Below are positions 17,533 through 26,476 of a stretch of DNA of 64,000 bases, piece after piece. The notes below the pieces were generated by a model, which saw nothing but the letters and a program-made list of their open reading frames with translations, was not told where the DNA came from and did not search any database. The position numbers and the translations under genes were made by a program. Position 1 is the stretch's first letter. Each line of letters begins with the position of its first letter. Source of the stretch: an uncultured Thermodesulfobacteriota bacterium (GTDB lineage Bacteria > Desulfobacterota > Zymogenia > Zymogenales > Zymogenaceae). The stretch spans positions 30,573 through 94,572 of the forward strand of contig CAZIWT010000001.1 of NCBI GenBank assembly GCA_964542895.1. The letters are read 5' to 3'.

Positions 17533-19806
17533 TTATTTCGATTTTCTCTTAAAGAGATTTGCGACTCCATCTTTGGCGGAGGTTAAAACACGCATCATGT
17601 TTTCCTTTGTAAACATCTCCTTCAGCTCCGTAGGGTCTCCGGGTTTGGAGCTTACTTTGTCTTCACTGTAGTAATACTGGTAATGATATTCGTAATAATC
17701 CGGGCCGTATTCCGGTCTTACGCCGTTTAAAATCACCCCCATGACGTTCGCCTTGACCGCCTCCAGGTGCAATTTAGACCGCTTGAGAACGCCCCTTGCG
17801 ATCTTACCCACTTCGTACAGCAAGAAAACTCCTTCGAGCTTTTGGCTCAATAGGACCGCATCCGTAACAGGCAACACCGGCGTGGTGTCGAAAATCACAA
17901 AGTCGTAGTTTTCCTTTATCTCTTCTATGAACTTGGACATCTGTTGGGAATTAATAAGTTCCGACGGATTGATGGGAAAGGTCCCGGAAGTTATGATGTT
18001 GAAATTCGATAACTCCGGGGTCTTTATCAAGACATCCATATCGATACTGCCGAGCATTATATCGTTAATATCCCTTTTTACCTCCCTCCAGTCCCTGTTG
18101 GAAAGGATAATGTCCGACAGCCCCGGTGACTTATCTATACCGAATATCTTGCCGATGGTGCCCCGACGCATATCCGCCTCGACCAAAAGAGTGCGGTAAC
18201 CCCCCTGGGCAAGGGTAACGGCGATATTGACGCAGTTTATCGTTTTCCCTTCTTGGAGCGAGGAGCTTGTAACCATAAACGTCTTTGTTCCCTTTTCCTT
18301 ATTTATGAAGAGGATGTTGGTGCGAAGACTCCTGTACGCCTCCACAACCTGGGATTTAGGGTTCATAAAAAATACAAGGGGAGTCTCCAAAATCCCCTCT
18401 TTTTCTTTTACCTCCTCTTCTTCCGGAACGCCCTTAATCGATGCCACATAGGGAATGACTCCGAGGACGGGGATCTCCAGATAGCTCTCCACGTCCTCAA
18501 TGGTACCGATGGAGGTGTCCATGTTTTCTCTTACAATCGCGAAGAAGATCCCGAGAAACAATCCTATAAAAAGGCCCATAAAAAACGAGGAGGCGATCTT
18601 CGGCGGATTTACCCTTTTATTGTTGCTGAGGGCCGGAGTCACCTCCGACACCTCGACGATCTTCCCGGATTCCTGTATTAGAATCTCCTGGTATTTTGAA
18701 TTCAGCTCTGAAAAGAGACTGCTCTGAAGCTCCACCTCTCTCTGGAGCCTGACGAGGATCAAGCTGTCGTTCGGATACTCCGATGTCTTCTCCTTATACT
18801 TCTCGATATCCCCCTTCAGAATATCCATATCCTTCTTGTTGAGATCTATCCTCGAGTTTACATCCGAACGGATTGAGCCCCTCAATTTCGAGATCTTACT
18901 GTTAATATCCTTTATTTTTGGATGACGATCGGTATATGTGGTAAGGTATTTATCCCGCTCTATCAACAGTTCCTGAAGCTCCAGGTTATATCTGTTCAGG
19001 GTGCTGTCCCTGTTCACCTCTCTAAGCTGAAACATGTTGTTGCTTGATAGACCCCTCAAAGTGAGATTTCTCTTAAAATAGAGCAATGTCTGGTTTTCGC
19101 GATTAAGGGCCTCGTATTTCCTCTCCAGCTCATCGAGGACCTTCAAATCGAGCATGGCCTGGCTGTCCAATGAGACAATGTCCTTTTTGTTTTGAAACTC
19201 CTTCAGCTCATCCTCGGCCTTCTTCAATCTGCTCGAAAGCTCTTTCAACTGTTTCTCGATGAATTCCTTCGTCTTGATGGTTCGCTCGTTTTTTAACTTG
19301 ATATTATACTCTTTGTAGCTTTTTGCCAGCGCATTTGCAATATTGGCGGCCATATCCGGATCGTCGTATATTACAGTAATTTTAATAATATTAGTGTTTT
19401 CCTCCGGCTCTGTCGTTACCGCCGCCTCGATCATCGAGATCTTGGTCATATACTCCTTGGAGTGAAGGATCGTGTCATTCTCCTGCTCCTCGCTCATCTC
19501 TCCAATATCTATAAGCCCAACTTCCTTTGCGGCCTCCTTTAATACCGGGAAACTGGTGATGACCTTGGTCTGGGACCTGATATTGCTGTAGGGCGAGAAG
19601 TAGAAGCTGCTGGGCATCATCCCGGCGAGAGACTGAATGCTGTCGTACTTGACCTTTGCCACCGCCTTGTACTTGGGGGAAGGCGATTGAATCAAGGCAA
19701 ACAAGAAGCTCAGAACCGAAAGAGTAATGGTTGAAAAAATAATGATGTTCTTGCGCTTTCTTACTATCCTGATCAGGTCCTTCAGCTGTATCTCATATTG
19801 AGCCAT
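17533..19806 (-). CDS. polysaccharide co-polymerase / bacterial tyrosine autokinase (Wzz domain + CpsD/Wzc-like ATPase, Tyr-rich tail)
   Basis: 757 aa. N-terminal TM plus coiled-coil chain-length-determinant region. Walker A SSSLQEGKT. C-terminal tyrosine cluster YGPDYYEYHYQYYYSED. Confidence 0.85.
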   Translation of the reverse strand: MAQYEIQLKDLIRIVRKRKNIIIFSTITLSVLSFLFALIQSPSPKYKAVAKVKYDSIQSLAGMMPSSFYFSPYSNIRSQTKVITSFPVLKEAAKEVGLIDIGEMSEEQENDTILHSKEYMTKISMIEAAVTTEPEENTNIIKITVIYDDPDMAANIANALAKSYKEYNIKLKNERTIKTKEFIEKQLKELSSRLKKAEDELKEFQNKKDIVSLDSQAMLDLKVLDELERKYEALNRENQTLLYFKRNLTLRGLSSNNMFQLREVNRDSTLNRYNLELQELLIERDKYLTTYTDRHPKIKDINSKISKLRGSIRSDVNSRIDLNKKDMDILKGDIEKYKEKTSEYPNDSLILVRLQREVELQSSLFSELNSKYQEILIQESGKIVEVSEVTPALSNNKRVNPPKIASSFFMGLFIGLFLGIFFAIVRENMDTSIGTIEDVESYLEIPVLGVIPYVASIKGVPEEEEVKEKEGILETPLVFFMNPKSQVVEAYRSLRTNILFINKEKGTKTFMVTSSSLQEGKTINCVNIAVTLAQGGYRTLLVEADMRRGTIGKIFGIDKSPGLSDIILSNRDWREVKRDINDIMLGSIDMDVLIKTPELSNFNIITSGTFPINPSELINSQQMSKFIEEIKENYDFVIFDTTPVLPVTDAVLLSQKLEGVFLLYEVGKIARGVLKRSKLHLEAVKANVMGVILNGVRPEYGPDYYEYHYQYYYSEDKVSSKPGDPTELKEMFTKENMMRVLTSAKDGVANLFKRKSK

Positions 19807-19829
19807 AAATAATTCCTTTTCTACTTACT

Positions 19830-20549
19830 TCAAGGAAATACAACTTGTGTTGGAAACATGATAAATTCAAGGATGGGCATAAGCTGTTTTGCGAAATAGT
19901 TGACATTTGCGATCGTGGTGGAAGGCAGAAAGATGATATCACCACCCTTGAGGTAAATATTCTGAGTCAGGTCGCCTTTTTTCATCATCCTGCCCACGTT
20001 CGCAACAACCACATCCGGATTTTTGTTGTACCCTCTGATTATCAAGACATTTCTAAGTTTTGCGTCCTTCGTCGGCCCGCCCGCGGAGGCAAGTATTGCG
20101 GCAAGCGTCAGGCCGTTCTCAAACGTGTATGCCCCCGGTTTATGTGCCTCCCCAAAGACGTATACAACTTCCCTTATCTTTACGTTTAGTATCGGAGAAA
20201 CATAATACTCCGACAATACTTCGACGAGGTGCTTATCCAACTCCTTGTTTGTCATTCCCAATACTTTTATTTCTTCAAAGAATATGAAGCTGATCGTTCC
20301 GGCCTTTGAAACCTGAACTTTATACTCTTTTAACTCCCCCTCTTCCCAGAGGTTGATATCGATAAAATCCCCGGGCTGAACCCTGTGTTCGTAGCGACTC
20401 GCCTCCGTCGGTAGTGAGTGAACGGACCCGGCGCGCATGCTCCCACTCGGCGTACACGATACGACGGCAAAAAAAACGAGAAGTGCCGAAGAACAGACCA
20501 ATCCGTATCTATGAAATATTTTGGCGTATCTTTTATTAAATGACTTCAT
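19830..20549 (-). CDS. polysaccharide export protein (Wza-like; Poly_export + SLBB domain), lipoprotein
   Basis: 239 aa with a lipobox (VVSC) and a PGD...I motif followed by an SLBB-like C-terminal region. Confidence 0.75.
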   Translation of the reverse strand: MKSFNKRYAKIFHRYGLVCSSALLVFFAVVSCTPSGSMRAGSVHSLPTEASRYEHRVQPGDFIDINLWEEGELKEYKVQVSKAGTISFIFFEEIKVLGMTNKELDKHLVEVLSEYYVSPILNVKIREVVYVFGEAHKPGAYTFENGLTLAAILASAGGPTKDAKLRNVLIIRGYNKNPDVVVANVGRMMKKGDLTQNIYLKGGDIIFLPSTTIANVNYFAKQLMPILEFIMFPTQVVFP

Positions 20550-20556
20550 TTTTTAT

Positions 20557-21621
20557 CTATTCACCTTCCAACTGTTTTTCGTCGACAGGCTCCACGATAT
20601 GTATGAGATGGGCCTCAATAAGGTTTACGATCTTCGGGGTTTTGAGCTTTTTCCCGTCGCTGTCGTAAAGTATCTGGACAACCTGCCTAAAATGAGTCTC
20701 CCCCGTTCCCGCGATTACCCTTCCCACCTCTTGGCTGTTGAGTTTTACATAGCTGCCTACGGGGAAAAGGGTAACCTCCTCAAGCAGCGCCTTTACTACC
20801 TCGCCATCGAATTTACTTCTCATATTATCTACGATATCTTTGATAACGTAGAGGGGGAGTACCCTCTTCCTGAAAGGTCTGTCCTGGGTCATCGCCTCGT
20901 AAGTGTCCGCGAGGCCTATGATCTTTGCGTGTTGATGGATATCCTTTCCGTTCAATCCCCCGGGATAGCCGGAACCATCCTCCCTCTCATGCTCCTGAAG
21001 GGCGATCAACGAGAGGTGTTGGTATCCGTCTCCGAACTTCTTGAGAAACTCGCTCCCCTTTTCCGGGTGGGACTCTATCTCTCTTACCTCGCTCCTCAAG
21101 AGATCCTTCTCCTTGTTCAAAATATCTTCCGGAATTAAACCCATCCCCACATCGTGGGTAAGTCCGGCAAAGGCAAGCTCGTTAAGCTCCGCCCCGCTTA
21201 TAGAAAGCCTTCTGCCGATCTTAACCGCGATGATGGTCGTCCAGAGGGAATTGTACGAGAGGTTGGTGTAATCATAGACGTTATACATCTGGGACATGAA
21301 GATATTCTGGTATTTATCAATGGAGTTTGCCAATCTCTTGGCATGGAGGCTCAGTGGAATAATATCGAATTTTTCCCCTCTCCGAATCGAAGAAAACATA
21401 TTGTTAAGAAGCCCTTTAAGCTCCGACAATATCAGTAGGGCCTCTTTCTTTTCAACCTCTGTCGGAGCCCGTAAATAGGGTGAAATCTTCTCACCCAAGA
21501 GATCATCAGTCGTGAGAATATCGCTGATTACAACGCTCTTTTTCTGATCACTGTCTCCACCCTTTTGCTTCTTATCTTCAAAAATATCCTGGCCCCTTAT
21601 GATATCAGATATTTTTACCAA
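20557..21621 (-). CDS. HD-GYP domain c-di-GMP phosphodiesterase
   Basis: LTHDVGM (HD) and HEREDGSGYPGGL (GYP) motifs; 354 aa. Confidence 0.8.
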   Translation of the reverse strand: MVKISDIIRGQDIFEDKKQKGGDSDQKKSVVISDILTTDDLLGEKISPYLRAPTEVEKKEALLILSELKGLLNNMFSSIRRGEKFDIIPLSLHAKRLANSIDKYQNIFMSQMYNVYDYTNLSYNSLWTTIIAVKIGRRLSISGAELNELAFAGLTHDVGMGLIPEDILNKEKDLLRSEVREIESHPEKGSEFLKKFGDGYQHLSLIALQEHEREDGSGYPGGLNGKDIHQHAKIIGLADTYEAMTQDRPFRKRVLPLYVIKDIVDNMRSKFDGEVVKALLEEVTLFPVGSYVKLNSQEVGRVIAGTGETHFRQVVQILYDSDGKKLKTPKIVNLIEAHLIHIVEPVDEKQLEGE

Positions 21622-22418
21622 TTTTTATTCTCACTTAAAAGGTTGCTGATAATTGACGAATCCACATATTTACTCTTCTTGTTCCATCCTACAAGGAGAC
21701 CCATGTCGCAGATGTTGTTTATCTTTCTCGGCGTACCGCTGGAGTACTCGAAGATATTCTCCATGGCCTCGATAGTAAATACGTTCCGGTTGAGACCCGC
21801 CCTCCTCAGACGAAACTCGACATACTTTACCATCTCCTCGTAAGAGAGATTCTGAAGGTGATACTTTATCGCCACCCGCTGCTCGAACTGGGGTATCGAA
21901 TCTACAATCTCCTTCAATTCCGGTTGTCCGATGAGTATCAGTGTCAAGAGGAAGCGGTCGTTAAGCTGGAAGTTCAGAAGGAGTCTCAGCTCCTCAAATG
22001 TGTCCTTATCCTGTATAAGCTGGGCCTCATCGATGATAATCACCGATTCTTTGTCATCGGAGACGTTCTTGTAAAGTATGCGGTTCAGATGGTGAAGCTG
22101 GCTTGTCTTCCTCTGATTGAGATTCTCTCCGGTAAATTGATATATAATCTCCTGTACGAAGAGGAGGGGAGTCAATTTAGGATTTTCAAGGAGTGCAACT
22201 TCAAAATTCTCCCTCGGGAGACGCTGAATGAGGGTCCTGGAAAGGGTCGTCTTGCCGCTTCCGATCTCCCCGGTGAGCATTACACAACCCTTCCTTCGAG
22301 ATATGCCGTAGAGCATCCTCGATAGGGCCTCTTTATGCTGCGGGGATTCATAAAGAAAAGTCGGATCGGGAACATTCTCGAACGGCGCGTCTATCAATCC
22401 CCAGTATGCCTTATACAT
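21615..22418 (-). CDS. ExeA/GspA-like AAA ATPase of the PEP-CTERM-locus/polysaccharide-secretion subfamily
   Basis: 267 aa. Walker A GEIGSGKTTL and Walker B IIIDEAQ. Position as first gene of a Wza/Wzc/Wzy EPS operon. Confidence 0.7.
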   Translation of the reverse strand: MYKAYWGLIDAPFENVPDPTFLYESPQHKEALSRMLYGISRRKGCVMLTGEIGSGKTTLSRTLIQRLPRENFEVALLENPKLTPLLFVQEIIYQFTGENLNQRKTSQLHHLNRILYKNVSDDKESVIIIDEAQLIQDKDTFEELRLLLNFQLNDRFLLTLILIGQPELKEIVDSIPQFEQRVAIKYHLQNLSYEEMVKYVEFRLRRAGLNRNVFTIEAMENIFEYSSGTPRKINNICDMGLLVGWNKKSKYVDSSIISNLLSENKNW

Positions 22419-22662
22419 CTTTCAAGTTCAAACTTATCGGTTATATATACTTCTCTGTTCTGTCCCAGTATAGTAAAAAAGTATATACTGTATTTGAATT
22501 CCTCGCCTTGAAGGAAATCACAAAAGCTGTTATACAAAAAATCTCGTTTAGCCCAATACTTTGGTAAAACCTTATAAAAAATATCAAATTACTAACAATA
22601 TATACTAAAATTTATAAAATATCAACATAATTTTAAATAATTTCTCTAAACTTATCTGTTTT
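22419..22662 (-). promoter_or_regulatory. AT-rich leader/promoter region of the 21-gene polysaccharide operon, containing an inverted repeat CAGTATA-N11-TATACTG (22466..22490)
   Basis: 245 bp of low-GC sequence, in sharp contrast to the flanking GC-rich coding DNA. It lies immediately upstream (minus strand) of the first operon gene. The dyad was read directly from the sequence. Confidence 0.45.
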
Positions 22663-23385
22663 TCATAGCAACGACAGGCTTTTTCTAATACACCTGTCAA
22701 GGATTAACGTCGTCCTTCGAATATTGTACAGAAAAATCAATAGCGGCGCTATCCTCCCCGGATGACTTACAAAGAATCTCACCGCCCTTACTATCTCCAC
22801 CTCCCCCTCGCTGTTCAACAATCCGGAAAGGCTCGGTATCTCCATCCTTAAATCGTCCGATATCACCCTGATCCCGAGGCACGGAAGGCCCCTATCTACC
22901 GCAATCCTTCCTATGTAAAGACTCTCCATGTCGACGATATGGGCGCCCATCCTCACTCCAAGCTCCCTCTTCTCCCCCACCGATCCAATAAAGCGGTCAA
23001 CGGTGAGGATCGTCCCCTTGCGCCCGAAATCGGATGAAACGGCCGGCTCCGACTCGATGAAGTCCACATTCTCGCCGGATTCCGACAACGCCCGGGAGTA
23101 CACTACAATATCTCCCACCACAAGATCGGGGGTGAGCGAGCCCGCATAACCGGCTGTTATTATCATATCCGGACCATATGATTCGATGAGCAGCCGGGCC
23201 GCCCGCTCGGAGCCCTTCTTTCCCACACCGGAAACAACAGCGACTATATCACGACCGTTGATTTCCCCCTCATATACCGGATGATGAAAACTTGCGCCCT
23301 TCCCGAGGGGTTTACCCTCCTTCAAGTCGCCCAATAGATATTTGATCTCCCTCTTAAGGGCCGCTACTATTCCTATCCTCTTCAA
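22663..23385 (-). CDS. nucleoside phosphorylase-family protein, MTA/SAH (5'-deoxyadenosine) nucleosidase MtnN/Pfs-like
   Basis: MKRIGIVAALKREI..., VAVVSGVGKKGSERAARLLIESYGPDMIITAGYAGSL, and HIVDMESLYI...LGIRVISDDL match the PNP_UDP_1 / Pfs pattern. 240 aa. Confidence 0.7.
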   Translation of the reverse strand: MKRIGIVAALKREIKYLLGDLKEGKPLGKGASFHHPVYEGEINGRDIVAVVSGVGKKGSERAARLLIESYGPDMIITAGYAGSLTPDLVVGDIVVYSRALSESGENVDFIESEPAVSSDFGRKGTILTVDRFIGSVGEKRELGVRMGAHIVDMESLYIGRIAVDRGLPCLGIRVISDDLRMEIPSLSGLLNSEGEVEIVRAVRFFVSHPGRIAPLLIFLYNIRRTTLILDRCIRKSLSLL

Positions 23386-23810
23386 AACCGGTTTTAAAAC
23401 TTTCTATTGAAAAACAAAAGATAAGCCGACACAGACAGTATATGGTAAGCTTTCATTGGATACTAATTCTCTATACTCCTTTACGCTTTCTTTAAAAATC
23501 CAAATTCGGGATTTGCTTCTTAAAGTGATTTCTTTAAGGCAGAAAATTAATTGATATATTCAGTATGATCAATATGAGCCGCAATTTTCACTCGAAAAAA
23601 CAGGTGCCGTAAAGTATCTTGTGTAAATTTTAACAAGTCAAGTATATTATACCCTCATTAAAATGAGACAAAATGTTAAAAGCCGCCATAATATTAATAT
23701 TGATATGGCCGAGGAGACTTACCATATTGCCCACCGTTTTTCAGCAATTGCTAAAAAGACGTGTAAAAAATCGCAATCTCATAATTTAGCGGTTTTTGTC
23801 GGCTCCGGAT

Positions 23811-24656
23811 CTATTTAATGTCCTTGACGAGACGAAAGCCCACATTGGGGAGGGCCACATACGGGGACGGGCCCTCGTATCTTTTATAGACGGAGAGTCC
23901 CTCGGAGTGAGAGAGGTAGTCCCCACCCCTGATTACGTGATTCTCCCCGGCCTCTGGACCCCCTGGGTTTATCTCGGGAGAATCTTTATAGTAACTCTCC
24001 GAGTAAAAATCATTTACCATCTCCGATACGTTTCCCGCCACGTCGTAAAGGCCGAACCTGTTCGGGGGATAAACACCCACAGGCGTAGTCCCAACCTTCC
24101 TTCGCCCGTAGTTGGCTTGAATCGTATCTATATCGTCACCCCGGGGATACTTCATCCCGACAAGACCGCCCCGGGCCGCTTTTTCCCATTCCGCCTCCGT
24201 GGGGAGCCTCTTTTTCATCCAATCTGCATAGGCCTTGGCTCCATAGTAGGTCACCATAACCACGGGGTGGTTTTCGTAACCGATGACCGGAGCGAAGCCG
24301 CGGCCGCTTTTTTCGATTTTACACCCCACCTTGCCGATATATATCCAGTCCGCGCCCCCTTCCATCCTGTTTCCCTTTTCGCTTAAGAACTTCGCGAAAT
24401 CGGCGTTGGTAACCTCGTACCTGTCGATGAAATAGGCCTTTAGATAAACGGTGTGGGCCGGCCTCTCATCGGCCCCTCCCGTATTGTCTCCCATGACGAA
24501 CGGCCCCTCCGGGACGAGGATCATATCTTCATATTCCCCGGTGGATGAAACCATAGCGGCCGCCGTGAAAAGAGACAAAAAAGCAAGCGCGGCAAATACC
24601 ATAAGTAAACGCTTTGAGTCGATCATCCCCATAATCCCTTTCATAACTAATATCAT
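23811..24656 (-). CDS. secreted FGE-sulfatase (formylglycine-generating enzyme/SUMF1-like) domain protein
   Basis: Signal peptide plus EVTNADFAKFL, YYGAKAYADWMKKRLPTEAEWEKAARGG, RGGDYLS and NVGFRLV motifs of the FGE-sulfatase fold. 281 aa. Confidence 0.8.
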   Translation of the reverse strand: MILVMKGIMGMIDSKRLLMVFAALAFLSLFTAAAMVSSTGEYEDMILVPEGPFVMGDNTGGADERPAHTVYLKAYFIDRYEVTNADFAKFLSEKGNRMEGGADWIYIGKVGCKIEKSGRGFAPVIGYENHPVVMVTYYGAKAYADWMKKRLPTEAEWEKAARGGLVGMKYPRGDDIDTIQANYGRRKVGTTPVGVYPPNRFGLYDVAGNVSEMVNDFYSESYYKDSPEINPGGPEAGENHVIRGGDYLSHSEGLSVYKRYEGPSPYVALPNVGFRLVKDIK

Positions 24657-24939
24657 TAGTGCTTCACTGCTTCACTGTCTTATCCGGCTTCGCCAAATTC
24701 AAATCAAAAAAGCGTTGAGATGCACAAACAAAAAAAAACTTTCACTTCCCAACCCTCATCATCTCATTTCAAAAGAACGTGCTCGGCCGGCCCAGCCCCC
24801 GAGAATCTTTGAATCGTCCCGCCTCATATATATACATCGGTCCCGCCCCACATCTCTATATCGATTTAAAATTTAGTAAGAAAAGCAAAATATCTTTCTT
24901 TTATCAAGACAAAAATGACCGAAAGAGTCTCCGCCTCAA

Positions 24940-26214
24940 TCATTTCAGCCTGTTTATAAAGACCTCTATCTCCTCAACGGTCTGTTTCATAATGGGAAGG
25001 CTTCTGTCAAATTTCTTCAGCTTTTTCTCGTTTACTTTTTTGAAGCTCTTGGTATAGAAGCTCCTGTATTTCGTCACGTCGTTTTTCCCGACGACTCTGA
25101 GCCCCTGATCGACAACCATCCCAAAAAAGGAGAGGTCCTCGCTGATGTCTGTAAGCTTTAACGCATAGTTGACGTTGTCGTCCATTAGATCGAGACAGGC
25201 AACGAGTCCGGATTTTACCTCGTTAATGTATTGAGCTCTCGTTTTAACGGGGAGGGTATCTCCCCACTCCACGTTGAAGTAATCCTCCGGCTTCAGATTT
25301 CGCCTGAGGAGCTCCTTGCTCGTAAGAAACAGCCTCCCCGTGATCGCGAGAGAGCCGTAGAGGGGATCGTGGAAACGCTTGTTCTCCTTAACCCCGGCAC
25401 CGGCATCTTTGGTACCCTTCTTGTTGTCTTTCTTAAGGACGTCGTATTTTTCAACATACATATTGTAGGGATACGCCAGCTCGACGGCCTTGACTATATA
25501 GATTGGATCCGAAATACCCTCCTCCAATATCGTCCTGAGCTCCCGATACTTCCCGAGCAGGACCTTGGAATCCTCCAAGAACTCCCTCTCCTCACGAAAC
25601 GGCTTATAGTAAGCGTTCCAGCTGTAGAACATAACATATAAGGATGCCGCCAGAAAGATTATCAGCAATAAAAGCTTAAGTCCACTCCCCCTACTCCCCT
25701 TAACCTCGCCCCTTTCCCGGGGGATCTTCTCGGCCCTGTCAAGAGACTTCGGCACTTTCTCTTTCGGCTTTTTCTTCGGTTTTTTCTCCTTTGATCTCTT
25801 TTCCTTTTTTCCGCCGATATCTACCTCTTCATCCTCATTTAGAGGCTCCACCACCTCCAGGGGCTCATCTATAATGTCTCCCAAGTCATCCTCCCCTACG
25901 GGGCCCAGGATATCTTCCCCGTCGAGGGTGCCCACATCATCCAATTCATTCCCCATGGATAAATCGTCGACATACCCCCCACCGACGAAACCAATCTCGT
26001 CGTCCTCGAGAAACTTCAAATCGTCTCCCCCGGTGTCTCCCCCCAGTTGTATTTCGTCCGCGGCGTTTTTCCCGACCTCGTGTCCCGGGCCGGCAACCGT
26101 CTCGGGCGAGAATGTCTTTTTGCAGCGGGGACACCGTATCTTTCCTGCCGAGGCCCTTAATTTGTCCTCCGATATCTTACCGTTAAGATTGCAGTGCGGG
26201 CAGGTGATATTCAT
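24940..26214 (-). CDS. zinc-ribbon (MJ0042-type CxxC...CxxC) membrane protein with acidic linker and C-terminal domain of unknown function
   Basis: N-terminal MNITCPHCNLNG...IRCPRCKK, then a D/E/G-rich low-complexity region, a Lys-rich stretch, one TM (GLKLLLLIIFLAASLYVMFY) and a ~200-aa C-terminal domain. Confidence 0.6.
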   Translation of the reverse strand: MNITCPHCNLNGKISEDKLRASAGKIRCPRCKKTFSPETVAGPGHEVGKNAADEIQLGGDTGGDDLKFLEDDEIGFVGGGYVDDLSMGNELDDVGTLDGEDILGPVGEDDLGDIIDEPLEVVEPLNEDEEVDIGGKKEKRSKEKKPKKKPKEKVPKSLDRAEKIPRERGEVKGSRGSGLKLLLLIIFLAASLYVMFYSWNAYYKPFREEREFLEDSKVLLGKYRELRTILEEGISDPIYIVKAVELAYPYNMYVEKYDVLKKDNKKGTKDAGAGVKENKRFHDPLYGSLAITGRLFLTSKELLRRNLKPEDYFNVEWGDTLPVKTRAQYINEVKSGLVACLDLMDDNVNYALKLTDISEDLSFFGMVVDQGLRVVGKNDVTKYRSFYTKSFKKVNEKKLKKFDRSLPIMKQTVEEIEVFINRLK

Positions 26215-26476
26215 ATCAATTCCCCCAGTGGAAACATATCGAATTCAAATATTAAACCCTTTGATTATCTGAAATCACAATTCAACAGCTCTATACGGCA
26301 AAAGGGGATACTTCAAATAATATTTTCCGTTTGACCTTGATTTCATCCACCTTTTGTGTAAGAATTTCAATTATATATTCTTTCCGTTGAATAATCAAGG
26401 GTTTTTAGGGGCGTTCTTTAACGGAGCTTTCGATCTCGCCGCCCCCGATTTTTTAAAAAAGCGTTTCAAGGACAAT

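Noticed and set aside
23386-23810. Possible additional inverted repeats / mobile-element ends in the AT-rich spacer
   Set aside because: No transposase, integrase or target-site duplication was found anywhere in the window. The repeats are short and consistent with a promoter or terminator.
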